NCBI RefSeq assembly: GCF_006345805.1
Contig: NW_021833440.1
Span: forward strand, 10,604-74,603
Origin: Octopus sinensis
Taxonomy: Eukaryota
Length of the DNA stretch: 64,000 nucleotides
Reading direction: 5' to 3'
Shown: piece by piece, positions 1-12,593 of the stretch
How the letters are laid out: each line of letters starts with the position of its first letter
Numbering within the stretch: the first letter of the stretch is position 1
Notes under the pieces: model-generated
What the model saw: the letters and a program-made list of their open reading frames with translations, nothing else
What the model was told of the DNA's origin: nothing
Database searches by the model: none
Translations under genes and position numbers: made by a program

Positions 1-230
1 GGACAGCAAGTTCGGGGGTCGGGTAAGTCCTTGAAGCTCATTATCGTCTTTGCCATAAAGTTTTAAGTCGTCCATATAAAATATATTTTCTGGTCGCCAA
101 TTTTATATCCACACCCTATCCTGTTAAGTTCATTTGTAAGGGGTATTGGGACAATACAGAAAATTAAAGGTAAAAGTGAGTCACTTTGGAAAATGCCGCA
201 GTTGATATTAATATTTTTTTTGTGGTCAGT
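1..230 (-). mobile_element. Degraded RT fragment of an R4/Dong-like (REL-endonuclease) non-LTR retrotransposon
   Basis: Minus strand reads INCGIFQSDSLLPLIFCIVPIPLTNELNRIGCGYKIG...(frameshift)YMDDLKLYGKDD; YMDD at 67-78, GIFQSDS at about 176-197, matching the GIFQGDSLSPL/YMDDLKL signature. Confidence 0.75.
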
Positions 231-316
231 ATTCAATAAAGTGGTATAATTGGAGATTCGTATTCCACATTGAATATGTAGTGCTTCAGAAAGTTCAAAA
301 TTACAGGAAAAAAAAT

Positions 317-368
317 TATCATCATCATCATCATCATTATCATTATTATTATTATTATTATTTTATTA

Positions 369-399
<31 letters not shown>

Positions 400-403
400 T
401 ATT

Positions 404-451
<48 letters not shown>
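317..451. repeat. (ATT/ATC)n microsatellite
   Basis: Direct reading; explains the poly-N/I/Y ORFs at 233-553. Confidence 0.95.
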
Positions 452-452
<1 letters not shown>

Positions 453-668
453 GATTTAACTTTATAAAAAAACATTTTTTCCCCTTTCTTTTATTATTAT
501 TCTCACTGCTTAAAAAAAATCATTTTTTCTTGGGGTCTTCTCAAAAGAAATGAGTGGATGTTAACTGACAGGTGAGACGTATTAAGAGGCCTGTCAGGTG
601 AGCCAAAGACAAAAGGCTGAGAACGTTTGAATGTAGTGATGATGGAGAGAACAAAACAGCATTAGTAT

Positions 669-704
<36 letters not shown>

Positions 705-1129
705 TTTGTAGCATACAGGGATACGAAACGAGAGGTATAAGGCGGGAGGAAAAGTGGAACGTTATGTAAAAATAAAAGAAAAAGAGAAGAAATATAGTAA
801 GAAAAAATGAAACTGGTGGACGGAAAGAGAAAGAAAGCCATAGAAACGAACATATATAAACGAAAGGATAGAGGTAAACAGCCTGAAGGGAAAACCATAA
901 TTCTGGTGGAGACAGCTTGTTAGTAGAGACGAGACGGTTTTTAACAGTTACAGGCGAGGACTCATAGCATTGAAGGAAGAAAGTTTTATGAGTGAGGATT
1001 TAATATAATGGAGTCGTTGACTAAACCTTACTTGAAAACGAGGGTTATTACATACGTACGCATGCGCAAGCAAAAGTACACTCGCTCAAATACATATACA
1101 CATAAATATACATATTTTTATGTTTTTAC

Positions 1130-1360
1130 GCGGCGAGCTGGCAGAAACGTTAGCACGCCGGGCGAAATGCGTAGCCGTATTTCATCTGTCGTTACGTTCC
1201 GAGTTCAAATTCCGCCGAGGTCGACTTTGCCTTTCATCCTTTCGGGGTCGATAAATTAAGTACCAGTTAAGCACTGGGATCGACGTAATCGACTTAATCC
1301 CTTTGTCTGTCCTTGTTTGTCCCCTCTATGTTTAGCCCCTTGTGGGCAATAAAGAAATAA
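1130..1360 (+). mobile_element. tRNA-headed SINE family A, full-length monomer
   Basis: Head ggcggcgagctggcagaaacgttagc, B-box-like gagttcaaattcc, body gtcgactttgcctttcatcctttcggggtcgat, tail gccccttgtgggcaataaagaaata. Many further copies, e.g. 2921-3145(-), 7771-7895(+), 8225-8450(-), 39665-39785, 40415-40625, 40820-41005(-). Confidence 0.9.
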
Positions 1361-1364
1361 TATA

Positions 1365-1805
1365 TCTTTTATCTTTTACTTGTATCAGTTATTGGAGTTC
1401 GGCCAAGCTGGGGCACCGGTTTTAACGGTTTCTAGTCGAACAAATCGATTCCAGTATTTTATCTTATACTTTCAAGTCTGGTATGTATTCCGTCAGTCTC
1501 TTTTGTCGAACTGCAAAGTTACGGAGACGTAGAAAAACTTACACCAATTGTCAAGCGGTAGTGGTGGGCCAGACACAACACAAACACACACGTATACATA
1601 TATGCATACAAACATGCACACGCACACGCGCAAACACACACGCACACACACACACGATGGACTTCCACACAGTTTCTGTCTACCAAACACACCCATATGG
1701 CATTGGTCCGCCCGCGTAGTAGAAGACGTTTACCCCAGGTGCCGCACAGTAGGACTAAACCTGAAACGTGGTTACATAATACGCAACCACACAGCCATGC
1801 TTGCT
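1365..1805 (-). mobile_element. SINE family B copy (tRNA head, CORE-like ccttgggcaag box, internal TA/TG microsatellite, AAAAGAGT tail)
   Basis: Reverse complement matches the cleaner copies at 25797-26210 and 51741-52150. Confidence 0.8.
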
Positions 1806-2269
1806 TCGAAATGTATAGCATTGTGCGACGAGAGCTTGGCCTTTTCGCCACCTTTTTTTTTCATTAAGGCTGGTCCCATAGGATCCTCATCATAACCACA
1901 CGGCGCAGATAGCGTCCTTCGTCTTTATCAGTAGGTTGCAGCATTTGCCAATATTTTAATGTGGACGATGTATCTCGGAAGTGCATCCATCAACGCCGAC
2001 CAACTCGCCTGGAAGTATTAGTGCTGGTTGACCATAACATCCTGAAAACCACTCTACTGTGGAGGATCGCAAAAGGGCTCGGAGCCTATCGGACTCCATC
2101 TGAGCTGGCTCAAGGGGCACACAAACCCGTTTCCAATAGTCCGGCTTTTGGCCGGGGTTGGACATTGACCTCTGGAGTTAGCGAATCACAACGGCCCAAG
2201 TTGGAACCTCACTGTCCTATAAAGCAGCTGGTTCAACATCGAAGGAAACATCCGACCATAGCACCTCAT

Positions 2270-2600
2270 CGTGGCGGGATTTCTAAAACTATAATACTCC
2301 ATCCGTGTGATAGACCATAGTTAATAGACTTTAAGGGTTTGTCGTCGGACGGCTACACAGCCTCCGAGAAAACTGTATGGAAGGACGCTCTGTCTCCCGA
2401 TCGAATTCGAGGCTTTGCGATGAGAGTTCAGCTGAATAAAACTTCTTAGTGCAACAACGATAAACGTTCCATTTCTCACTGGTATATAGCAAAAACGGTA
2501 GAATATGAGTCCTGCAGGCCTTTAGTTTACTTTCGGAGTGGAAGTGGGAAGACGGAGATTGTGTAGAAGCCTTTTGGCTGGATTCTACCCGTAATTTAAA
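2270..2600 (-). mobile_element. Degraded RTE-clade LINE fragment (RT thumb region)
   Basis: Minus frames give KLKACRTHILPFLLYTSEKWNVYR (about 2458-2530; cf. VLPTLLYGSETWTVYR) and SDDKPLKSINYGLSHG (2302-2349; cf. DxRLPKxILYGEL). Confidence 0.5.
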
Positions 2601-2789
2601 ATACCAGCCTTGACAGTCTGTGTCAAGCTGGTTCTGCCGCAGATTTACGTTCCGTTCAGTTTACGGGATACTCAACCACGCCTCGTTGCAATTCAATGAG
2701 TAGGATGTACTTCAGTTCATCGAACGAATGGAAGCCATTATGTCATTACTATCAGTAGGAGACGTCCATTCCGACATCCTTATCCGTTT

Positions 2790-2925
2790 ACATAATACAT
2801 AGTACAATACTTTATTGTATAATAATACATAATACATAGTACAATACTTTATTGTATAATACAATTCTTTATTACATAATACATAATACATAGTACAATA
2901 CTTTATTGTATAATACAATTCTTTA
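2790..2925. repeat. Short AT-rich tandem duplication abutting a SINE A tail
   Basis: cataatacatagtacaatactttattgtat occurs three times. Confidence 0.85.
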
Positions 2926-3289
2926 TTACCCACAAGGGGCTAAACATAGAGGGGACAAACAAGGACAGACATAGGTATTAAGTCGATTACATCGACCCCA
3001 GTGCCTAACTGGTACTTAATTTATCGACTCCGAAAGGATGAAAGGCAAAGTCGACCTCGGCGGAATTTGAACTCACAACGTAATGCAGACGAAATACCGC
3101 TAAGCATTTCGCCCGGCGTGCTAACGTTTCTGCCAGCTCGCCGCCTTTCAATACCGACCTTCCGGACACTGACGGTCCGGAACCTCTTATAATCCGCTTT
3201 AATTAACAGTAATGTACAGGAGCCTGTGTTTCATTTAATTATTGAAGTAAATTTAATGTTTGTTTAATTTAGAGTGTGTTGTCCGAGGT

Positions 3290-3690
3290 GATCTAAAAAG
3301 CTTGCTTCCTAACCTCATGGTTCCGAGTTCAGTCCTACGGCGAGACACGCAGTGTCTACTACTATGGACAAGTGTCTTCTACAATAGCCTCGGGCCGACT
3401 AAAGCCTTGTGAGTGGATTTGGTAGACGGAAACTGAAAGAAGCCCGTCGTATGTGTGTGTGTATGTATGTGTATATATATATATAAATGTACATATATAT
3501 GTGTGTCTGTTTGTCTCTCACCACTGCTTGACAACCGGTGCTGGTTTGTTTATAACCCTGTCATATAGCCGTTCGACAAAAGGGACCGATAGAATAAGTA
3601 CTAGGCTTAATAAAATACTGGGAGTCGATTCTTCAAGGTGGTGCCCCAGCATAGCCGCAGTCTAATAACTGAAACAAACAACAACAACAA
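3290..3690 (+). mobile_element. SINE family B copy
   Basis: ctacaatagcctcgggccgactaaagccttgtgagtggatttggtagacggaaactgaaagaagcccgtcg + (TG/TA)n + tail ending gactgaaacaa. Confidence 0.85.
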
Positions 3691-4265
3691 AAAAAGTAAA
3701 CGGTAGAAGATAACCGGAAAAGACTTTGGAACCGTAAGTTCCCGAAATCCATTAGTTATAACCGTAGGTATTTTATAAAGAGTTGTCAGGTCTTTAATAC
3801 TGACTAATCTATTAATCCGCAACCGTGGAAAGGTCAACGGTCTCATTCAATCTAATTTTGTCTCTGGGTTGATCGCCATTAACTAAAGAAATAGATGTCA
3901 TTCACAAACCCCGTCAACACAATAATGTTGCGTAATTTTATGGGATTCTATGAAAAAGATTGTTCAACGATGGTGCATTTGGATTTCGTTGGCCAATCAG
4001 AATTCACTTTTATTTTTTTTTTAATTGTAAATTGTAATCAGCTGAGGTTTTTGCTCCAACTTTTGCTCTTGTTCATTTGTTTTATTTATTCTTTTGTATT
4101 TCTTTCTTTTTTTCTTTTTGCTTTTGGGTTTGGAAAAATGAACTGCAATGACACAATTGCCAACATCATGGCTGCCTCCACCGCTGACGTCACCGTCGCC
4201 GCCATCGACACCAAGAACTTCAACAATTTCACGTCACCCGTTTGTACTGTTGTCATCGGTACACA

Positions 4266-4850
4266 GAATATCCACCACCACCACCACCACCACCACCACC
4301 ACCACCACCACCACTACCACCTCCGCCATCATCATACCCGCTATCACCATCACCACATCCACTGCCGCCGACGCCTCTACTGACAACTAGAACAGCATAT
4401 TACCATCACCGCCATAACCACCCACCCAACCATCACCAGCTCTACAACCATCACCACCTTCATCTTATGTAGTCAATACCACCACCACCACCACCACCTT
4501 CATCACCACCATCACCTTCATCAACACCACCACCACCATCACCAACACCGCCTTCGCCATCACCATCACCACCCTCATCTTATGTAGTCAATACCACCAC
4601 CACCACTTTCATCACCACCACCACTTTCATCACCACCACCACCTTCATCACCACCACCACCTTCATCACCACCATCACCTTCATCAACACCACCACCTTC
4701 GCCATCACCATCACCACCCTCATCTTATATAGTCAATACCACCACCACCACCTTCATCACCACTACCGCTTTCACAGCCGCCGTCACGACGACCGCCACC
4801 CCCGTCTCTACCATCACCATCATCACCTCTACCATCATAATTACTACAAA
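4266..4850. repeat. Compound (CAC/CAT)n trinucleotide repeat with higher-order units
   Basis: Repeated caccaccac/cttcatcaccac and tcatcttatgtagtcaataccacc (three times). Confidence 0.9.
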
Positions 4851-5149
4851 TGCCGTCACCCACCCTCACCACCGTCTCCGCAATCGCCATACACATTAGA
4901 CGCTCGCATTCCAGTAGTTATCCACAGTTTCCTATCCATTGTATTCCCCAAGCAATTCATGTGTTGTTTATTATTGTTTCTCTCAATAGATTAACAAACA
5001 TTTTTACCACAGAAATCATTTCACTTCAATTTTAGCTTTGTTCCAATAATATCTTATTGAATGTTTACATATCTTTTACATTGTTTCTCCATTATTATGT
5101 TAAGTAACTCATTTCGTTTTATTTATTAGTAAATGTATAGAGTCGTCTG

Positions 5150-6230
5150 GTTTTATTAAAAACATTTTTCCACCATTAGAGAAGTCAGTTTCTAATACGG
5201 GAACGAGGCTCTGTAACTGGAACCCTGACAGCATCCACAACATAGTCATGTATGCATGTTATTATTCCATTTTTTTAATTCAGAATAAATTTTGGCCGGT
5301 CACCTACTTGGTAGTTAGGTTGTTAAGGAAAGCGTCATGTTTTAACCATCGTCCTTCAAATCTTAAGGTCTCACAGATTTTTATAGTCCCAGATATCGCG
5401 ATTATTTGTAGCGTATGAATTAAGGATTTGCGTTCTCTCTCCAAGAGTCCAAGTTCAGCGATATTTTTCTCAAGACGGGTTGGTATGTATCGTGTTGCTC
5501 TAAATATATTAGATTTGAAACTGAAAGTGTATCTTGAGTACCGGATTTTCAAATCCCTTTTCAATGGTCCATAGATGTCTTCTTGCTCTTGTATTTTTCA
5601 AACAACATAGGTGTCCAGAGGGTAGCTGATTCCCACAACAGAACATAAGGTTTCCACCATTAGAGACATTTGTACGATGTGGAGAATATACCGCCAGCAT
5701 TGCCCAAACGACCTGAACATTAGTTTTAAGGTTCATCCAAGGCTGGGACTACAGGCTATACATCCCCAGCATAATTCAGGATCACAACATATAGGTACAC
5801 TGCGACACTTTTCTTTTCCTCAACAAGCCCTGCCCTGTTTAACATTGTCCCGAAAGAGATCATAGAGGAAAAATATCCCATCACCTTTAAACGGAGTCTG
5901 GACAGATTTCTTCAAGGAATACCGGATAAGCCACCCATACCTGGATACAACTCACTCAACAAGAACTCACTACTTGAATGGACCATAAATAGAACTTGAC
6001 GTAAACAGGATTTAGATAATCCTATCAGGTGGTGCTATTAAATTAGACATGGACTGGACCAATCTTTGGTCGAAGCATATTTAAGTTTTATCTAAGTTTT
6101 TACAACAGACAATGTCTGGCCGGATGTGTTTCCACTTGAGTGCTGTTTTCATTTTTAAGTTCCACCAGTATTCTTTTCACCCATCGGTCTCTGTAGAGTC
6201 AACTTTGTCCGTAGATGTTTTCTTTTATTT
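5150..6230 (-). mobile_element. 5'-truncated REL (R4/Dong-like) LINE 3' end, split by a CR1 insertion
   Basis: 6105-6230 minus: EYWWNLKMKTALKWKHIRPDIV (PD motif). 5300-5660 minus: ETLCSVVGISYPLD...EQEDIYGPL...AISGTIKICETLRF. Then a 3' UTR ending aataaaac, homologous to 46340-46450. Confidence 0.75.
5665..6100 (+). mobile_element. CR1-like LINE 3' fragment
   Basis: ICTMWRIYRQHCPNDLNISFKVHPRLG... is homologous to ORF 45216-45821; shares the 3' UTR ggtggtgctattaa.ttagacatgg and a taagttt tail. Confidence 0.85.
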
Positions 6231-6480
6231 GTATGTATGTACGTATGTATGTATGTATGTATGTATGTATGTATGTATGTATGTATGTATGTATGTATGT
6301 ATGTATGTATGTATGCATGTATGCATGTATGTATGTATGTATGTATGTATGTATGTATGCATGCATGTATGCATGTATGTATGTATGTATGTATGCATGC
6401 ATGCATGTATGTATGTATGTATGTATGTATGTATGTATGTATGTATGTATGTATGTATGTATGTACGTATGTATATGTAC
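6231..6480. repeat. (TATG)n microsatellite
   Basis: Direct reading; a second (TATG)n(TG)n tract lies at 6676-6787. Confidence 0.95.
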
Positions 6481-6675
6481 AGATTTATATGTTTTGTTTT
6501 ATGTATGTATTCTCATGCATATAGCTGCACATCTAGACATGCTCATATATATTTAAATGGTAAACTTCAGGAAAGTTTTACAGATTTTTACAATTCCAGT
6601 GATGTATTGGATCTGTAGTCTTCGAATTAGCTTTCTCCTTTCTGGTTTTGAGAAGCCTAATTTCTCTAGATTGGT
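6480..6675 (-). mobile_element. REL LINE C-terminus and start of 3' UTR
   Basis: [40 protein letters not shown], close to the copy at 46038-46455. Confidence 0.8.
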
Positions 6676-6726
6676 ATGTATGTATGTATGTGTATGTATG
6701 TATGTATGTATGTATGTATGTATGTA

Positions 6727-6787
<61 letters not shown>

Positions 6788-7035
6788 ATATGTGCGAGCC
6801 ATGGCATTTGTGGAGCTATATTTTGACTGAATAACAATAACAATTCCTTTTACTTGGCCTTAAATTTTTGAGGGGAGGGGGTTTACTCGAATGTATTAAC
6901 CCCAGTACTCGGCTGGTACTAATTTTATCGATCTCGAAAGGATGGCAGGGAAATTCGTTCTCGGCAGAAGTTGAACCCGAAACGGAAAGACAGGCGAGAT
7001 GCCGTTGGACGTTTGATCCGGCACGCTAACGATTC

Positions 7036-7448
7036 TTATTTCTTTACTGCCCACAAGATGCTACACACAGAGGGGACAAACAAGGAAAGACAAACGGATT
7101 AAGTCGATTATATCGACCCCAGTGCGTAACTGGTACTTTATTTATCGACCCCGAAAGGATGAAAGGCAAAGTCGACCTCGGCGGAATTTGAACTCAGAAC
7201 GTAGCGGCAGACGAAATACCTATTTCTTTACTACCCACAAGGGGCTAAATACAGAGAGGACAAACAAGGACAGACAAACGGATTATGTCGATTATATCGA
7301 TCCCAGTGCATAATTGGTACTTATTTAATCGATCCTGAAAGTATGAAAGGCAAAGTCGACCTCGGTGGAATTTGAACTCAGAACGTAACGGCAGACGAAA
7401 TACTGCTAAGCATTTCGCCCGGCGTGAGAACGATTTTGCCAACTTGTC
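7036..7448 (-). mobile_element. SINE A dimer (headed copy plus headless unit)
   Basis: Junction gaaata|ggtatttcgtc (reverse complement) at about 7219-7221. Confidence 0.85.
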
Positions 7449-8647
7449 ACATTCATAATTGTAACAAATGATCAAAAAGTGCTAATTGCATAAAACACAC
7501 ACACACCTTTACACACACACACGTATATACTTACTGGCTAAACCTCTGGAATTTTTGATATGCATTCACATAGTTTCATTAACAACTCGTAATTGTACTT
7601 TCTTAATTAGTCGTGTCAATTCTGGTTTATTTTAGCCTAGCTTCCCGAGATTAATGCTAAGGCTGTCAGTTACATAATTTCAAACCCCGATAATCATAGG
7701 GGAAGTGGGTCTGGTAGATGTTTTTTTATAATATTTTTCTTTATTTTTTTAATATAATGTTAATGTCTATGGCGGCGAGCTGGCAGAGTCGTTAGCACGC
7801 CGGGCAAAATGCTTAGCAGCGTATCGCACGTCTTTACGTTCTGAGTTCAAATTCCGCCGAGGTCGACTTTGCTTTTCATCCTATCAGGGTTGATAAAAAA
7901 AAAACTGAAAAGAGCATTATGTTAATGTTTGTTGGAAGGTGGCGAACTAGCAGAACCGTTTGCACGTCGGACAAAATTCTTAGTGACGTTTCTTCCGGTT
8001 CTTTACGTTCCGACTTCAGATCCTGCCGAGGTCAACTTTGTCTTTCATCCTTTCGGGATCGATAAAATAAAGTACCAGTCAGAAACAGGGGTGCATGTAA
8101 TCGACTTGCAGACGGCAAACGAACCTCTATCGCAGATGAATTCGCGTATTTCAGGACCGACTACTTGTTGTCACATAGCTTTTCGTAATTTCAGAGGAGT
8201 TTTTCTCTGTCCCAGTCGGAAATTATTGACTTCAGATTTTGGCACAAGGCCATCAAGTTTTGGGAAGGAGACTAGTCGATTACATCGACCCCAGTATTCA
8301 ACTGGTACTTATATTATTGATCCGAAAGGATGAAAAGCAAAGTCGACGACCAGCAGCATTTGAACTCAGAACCTAAAAATAAACGAAATGCTTCTACGCA
8401 TTTTGTTCGGCGTGCTAACCACTCAGCCAGCTTGTCGCCTTCCAGCCGGCTATTATTAATATTGCTCATTCTAAATAACCAGCATCGACTATCTTTATGT
8501 CCGGCAATAAATATTTCAGTTAAATCTACGCGAGTTTGCTTCAGTTATTATCTACGCAGCCGATGGAAGATATCTTCACTGACCAATTCAACTCGAACGA
8601 CGCCACAGACCTCTCGATCAAAGTATATGTATGTACGCACACACACA

Positions 8648-8687
<40 letters not shown>

Positions 8688-9110
8688 GCGCGCGCGCGTT
8701 ACTTTTGAGTCTCAGTCAGAGGAGAAATGACAGTGGTAACATATTTGACCCTTTTTTCAAGGCCTCCGAGACCAGGAAGAGGACAGAGACCAGGAAGAGG
8801 GAAGTTATCTTTAATATAAATAACACTAACTTTCTTGATTTCTATTGTATGCCCCCATCGGAATCATCATTAATCCCTAAGAAGTGTTAAATGTCGTGGA
8901 TAGTAGGGCATCGGTCGACACTGGGGATAATCTGGGGGTCACGACACTGTTTTAATTACACAGCTAATACCTTTAGTAAGGCTTACTAAATACAGTCATT
9001 ACTAAGTACCCTTATTAAATTAAGGGCTTTGAACCCAGCCTAAAGTTCATATTGCTATATTATAACATGATTAAACATTATCATTATGAACACAAACTTG
9101 TTACCAGTTC

Positions 9111-9457
9111 AAATATACTTGGGGCATATTCGAACCCGTAAACCATTTACTGTATTTTGTCATGGAGATAAATCGGTACAAACACACCGAGTCGGCTCAC
9201 AGTGTTTCCTAACTAGACTGTTGGATGTATTCATTTCGGAGTGGTTATCCTTTCTTCAGCAGCAGAGACTGGAAAGGGAAGCGCTGGGAACTGACACGAG
9301 AGACAGGTCCCTCGAATGATATTTCCGTCATTGTTCAATGACTGGTTGTGCTATTCAGCGGATCGCCCTTTGTCTGTCTACAACGAGAAATTTTCTCCAT
9401 CACAAAAATACAGTGAATGGTTTTCTTACGGGTTCACGACAGGTCTCAAGCATATTT
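9111..9457. mobile_element. MITE-like element with degenerate TIRs of about 60 bp
   Basis: gaacccgtaaaccatttactgtattttgtcatggagataaat (9132-9173) is inverted at 9390-9436; similarity extends to aaatatacttg / caagcatattt. Confidence 0.6.
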
Positions 9458-9614
9458 CAATTAGTACTAAGTTTGTATTTATGCACATCGCTGCTTAGCG
9501 CTGTCGCCCCCGTATTTTATTTCCGGTGATGAATCACTCTCTTAAGAGAAGGGACAAAAGAAGAAAGTTCAGAAGAACAGCCACTATAGAAGTATTTATA
9601 TAAAATAAATAAAT

Positions 9615-9860
9615 GCGCCCTTTTAAAGCATAGCCAGGCGCATGGGCCCGGTTTCCAGGTTTCTATGGCGCATGTGTTCCCCAGTTGGACGGGACGCCAG
9701 TCCATCGCAGCGTTACTCATTTTTGCCAACTGAGTGGACCGGAGCAACGTGAAATGAAGTGTTTTGCTCAAGAACACAACGGTTCGCCCGGTCCAGGAAT
9801 CGAAACCACAATCTTACGATCATGGTGCTGACACCCTAACCACTAAGCCACGCGCCTCCA
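9615..9860 (-). mobile_element. SINE family C (tRNA head, shared central box, ctgcgatggactggcgtcccgtcca module)
   Basis: Reverse complement starts ggaggcgcgtggcttagtggttagg with ggtttcgattcc; related copies at 32198-32430(+) and 31640-31825(-). Confidence 0.85.
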
Positions 9861-10089
9861 CTTGAAGTATTTATAGCACACAGATAAAGAATCTATGCCC
9901 TGGTGATAAGAGAAAGGAAGAAGCTTAGTTGCCAAAAATAGGACCAGCAACGTTAGAAATTCACTTATGAACATCAACTGGGTCACCGGCTTAGATATAA
10001 TAATATTACATATAAGGGCGAATATGAGATTTAGAAAGGAAAGATTATCACATATTCAAAATAAAGTTTAGCTGTAAAAACAAGATCGA

Positions 10090-10457
10090 CAAAAGCACTC
10101 AGAGAGCGCAAATCTCCGCCAAAACAACACCAACGCCCTCTTTATGATTAGCTGGAGATGATTTTTAAAATGAGAATATCTGGAATAAACTCGACTGCTC
10201 TCACAAACGAGAATACTAAAAACTGAACACGACCGCTCTCAAAAATTTATAAAAAAAAAAAACGGAAAATGATCCAGAATCCTTGTCTGTTACTGGATTG
10301 ATCCCATAATCAAATCATTTCGTGCCAGTCACGAGGCGAAACGTCCCTGAAAGTTTCATCCGAATCCATCCAGCGGTTCTTGAGATATCTTGTCTACGGA
10401 CAAACAAACAAGTACGACTGAAAACAATACCTCCGCCTTCGGTAAGGCGGAGGTAAT
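10090..10457 (-). mobile_element. Non-autonomous Helentron/DINE-1-like element (HINE)
   Basis: Terminal palindrome acctccgcc-ttcggtaa-ggcggaggt (10429-10454), short (GTTT)n, second subTIR atctccgcc (10112-10120), stem-loop gcgctc-tct-gagtgc and T-run on the minus strand. Confidence 0.75.
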
Positions 10458-11224
10458 GATTTTAGAAATTAATTTTTGAAATCAGTCAAGGAAAAGAAAA
10501 ATACAGCAGGGTTATCAGCCCCAACGTGACGAAGGTATTCAGTACAAGGATGATTAAAACATTTATGAAGATGAAGAATACTTTTTGAATAACGATGAAT
10601 AACGATAATAGAAAATCCACCTTCATAATAACTAATTTAGCAATAAATCTAATATAACAATTATCTCCATCGGAATATTTATATCATGTAATCATATAAC
10701 CTCACTTGAAACGATAACGTTGTGTAATATAATTATTCCAAGTAAAGTGTTTAGAAGTTATGCCTTAAGATGGAGACTAGAAGACTCAGGAAGGACAACG
10801 TCATACATAGAAATAGGAATATGATCAAAGTTCTTGGAATGATTGTACATGATGTTCGTACAAGGAAGAGAAGGTCCATCCCACTTACGCTCCTGTTTAG
10901 GCCTGGGTTTAACACGAGACGATCAATGGTTCGCAACATTTGCGACAGCGAGAGTGACAAGGAAGTGCCTGTCGAACGTAACAAATATCGCACAGTATTT
11001 CTGTTCGAAATCACCGGTTTAAATAAAGGTTTTCTCATCAACGTTACATCTTACGACGACGAGGGTTCCAGTTGGAACAGCGTGCTCGTGAAATTAACGT
11101 GCAAGTGACTAAGTACTTCACAGACACGTGTATTCTTTCAACGCAATTCTCGGGGTGATTCAGCGTGATACAACAAAACTGGCCATTTGAAATACAGGTA
11201 CAACGCATTTGTACCAGTTGTGGA

Positions 11225-11540
11225 TGAAGGCGCGTGGCTTAGTGGTTAGGGCATTCGGCACACGATCGTAAGGTCGTGAGTTCAATTCCTGGTGACGCTT
11301 TGTGTCCTTGAGCGATACTTTATTTCACGTTGCTCCAGTCCACTCAGATAGCAAAAATGAGTAGTACCTGTATTTCAAAGGGTCAACCATGTCACATTCT
11401 GTGTCACGCTGAATCTCCCCGAGAACTACGTTAAAGATACACGTATCTATGGAGTACTCAGCCACCTGCACGTTAATATCAAGAGCAAGCTGTTCCGTTA
11501 ATCGGATCAACTGGAACCCTCGTTATCGATGGAGTGCCAA
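11225..11540 (+). mobile_element. SINE family D
   Basis: tgaaggcgcgtggcttagtggttagg...gagttcaattcc...cacgttaat...ggaaccctcgt. An inverted partial copy lies at 11045-11215; others at 27996-28315(+), 57646-57968(-), 59140-59320(-). Confidence 0.85.
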
Positions 11541-12294
11541 GTTGTGTGAACTGGAGCAACTTGAAATAAGAATCATTAGAGCGTGGGATCAGCATTACTT
11601 TTCATCTTTTCAACGTTGGTAATATAAAGTGCCATGTGTAATGGGGTCAATGCAATCACCTAAACCCTTGCTTCAAAATTGCTTGCCTTGTGCCGAAATT
11701 ATTATTACCATTTCAGCCAAAGTGAAGGCTGTAGATTATAGAATTTTTTAGTGTGTCGAACAAAATACCTTACGACATCTAATTCAAATACTTTGCGGCG
11801 TTCTGAGTTCAAATTCCGCAGGGATCATCTTTGCTTTTCCTCCGTCTGAGATCAATAAAATAAATTACCAATCGAGTACTTTGATAGATAGAACCGATTA
11901 AACTAGATTCTTCTCGAATATTTCTTAGAAATTATTATCGATCACAATGGAATGGCGGGAAGCTGGCAGGATCGTTAGCCTTGAAGTATTTCTTTGTACA
12001 CTTTACGTTCTGAGTTCAAATCCCGTTGAGGACAGTTTTTTCCCATCCTTTCGGAAGTCGATAAAGTAAGCGTCAAATACTGGGGATTTTGGTAGTCAAC
12101 TAACAGCACCCCACCAAATATTGCTGGCTTTGTGCTTAAACCAACGACTTTTATCGAACGTTTACGACTTCCAACTACATTGTATACATATAAAATAATA
12201 CGTGCGCATGAGTGTGTGTTTGTCTAACAATCAATCAATCTATTTGTGTCTCACCCTCTTTCTCTCCGTTCACGCACACACACACACACACATG

Positions 12295-12327
12295 TATGTG
12301 TATGTATGTATGTTGTATGTATGTATG

Positions 12328-12358
<31 letters not shown>

Positions 12359-12501
12359 ATCTATCTATCTATATCTATCTATCTATCTATCTATCTATAT
12401 CTATCTATCTATCTATCTCTATCTATCTATCTGTCTGTCTGTCCGTCCGTCTTTCTATCTATCTATCTATCATCTATCTATCTATCATCTATCTATCTAT
12501 A

Positions 12502-12535
<34 letters not shown>

Positions 12536-12556
12536 CATCAATCCATCCATACATCC

Positions 12557-12593
<37 letters not shown>

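Noticed and set aside
3895-4472. His/Thr/Pro-rich ORFs
   Set aside because: Translations of the (CAC)n repeat.
10770-11108. 112-aa ORF METRRLRK...
   Set aside because: No recognisable motif; the 3' part runs into SINE D.
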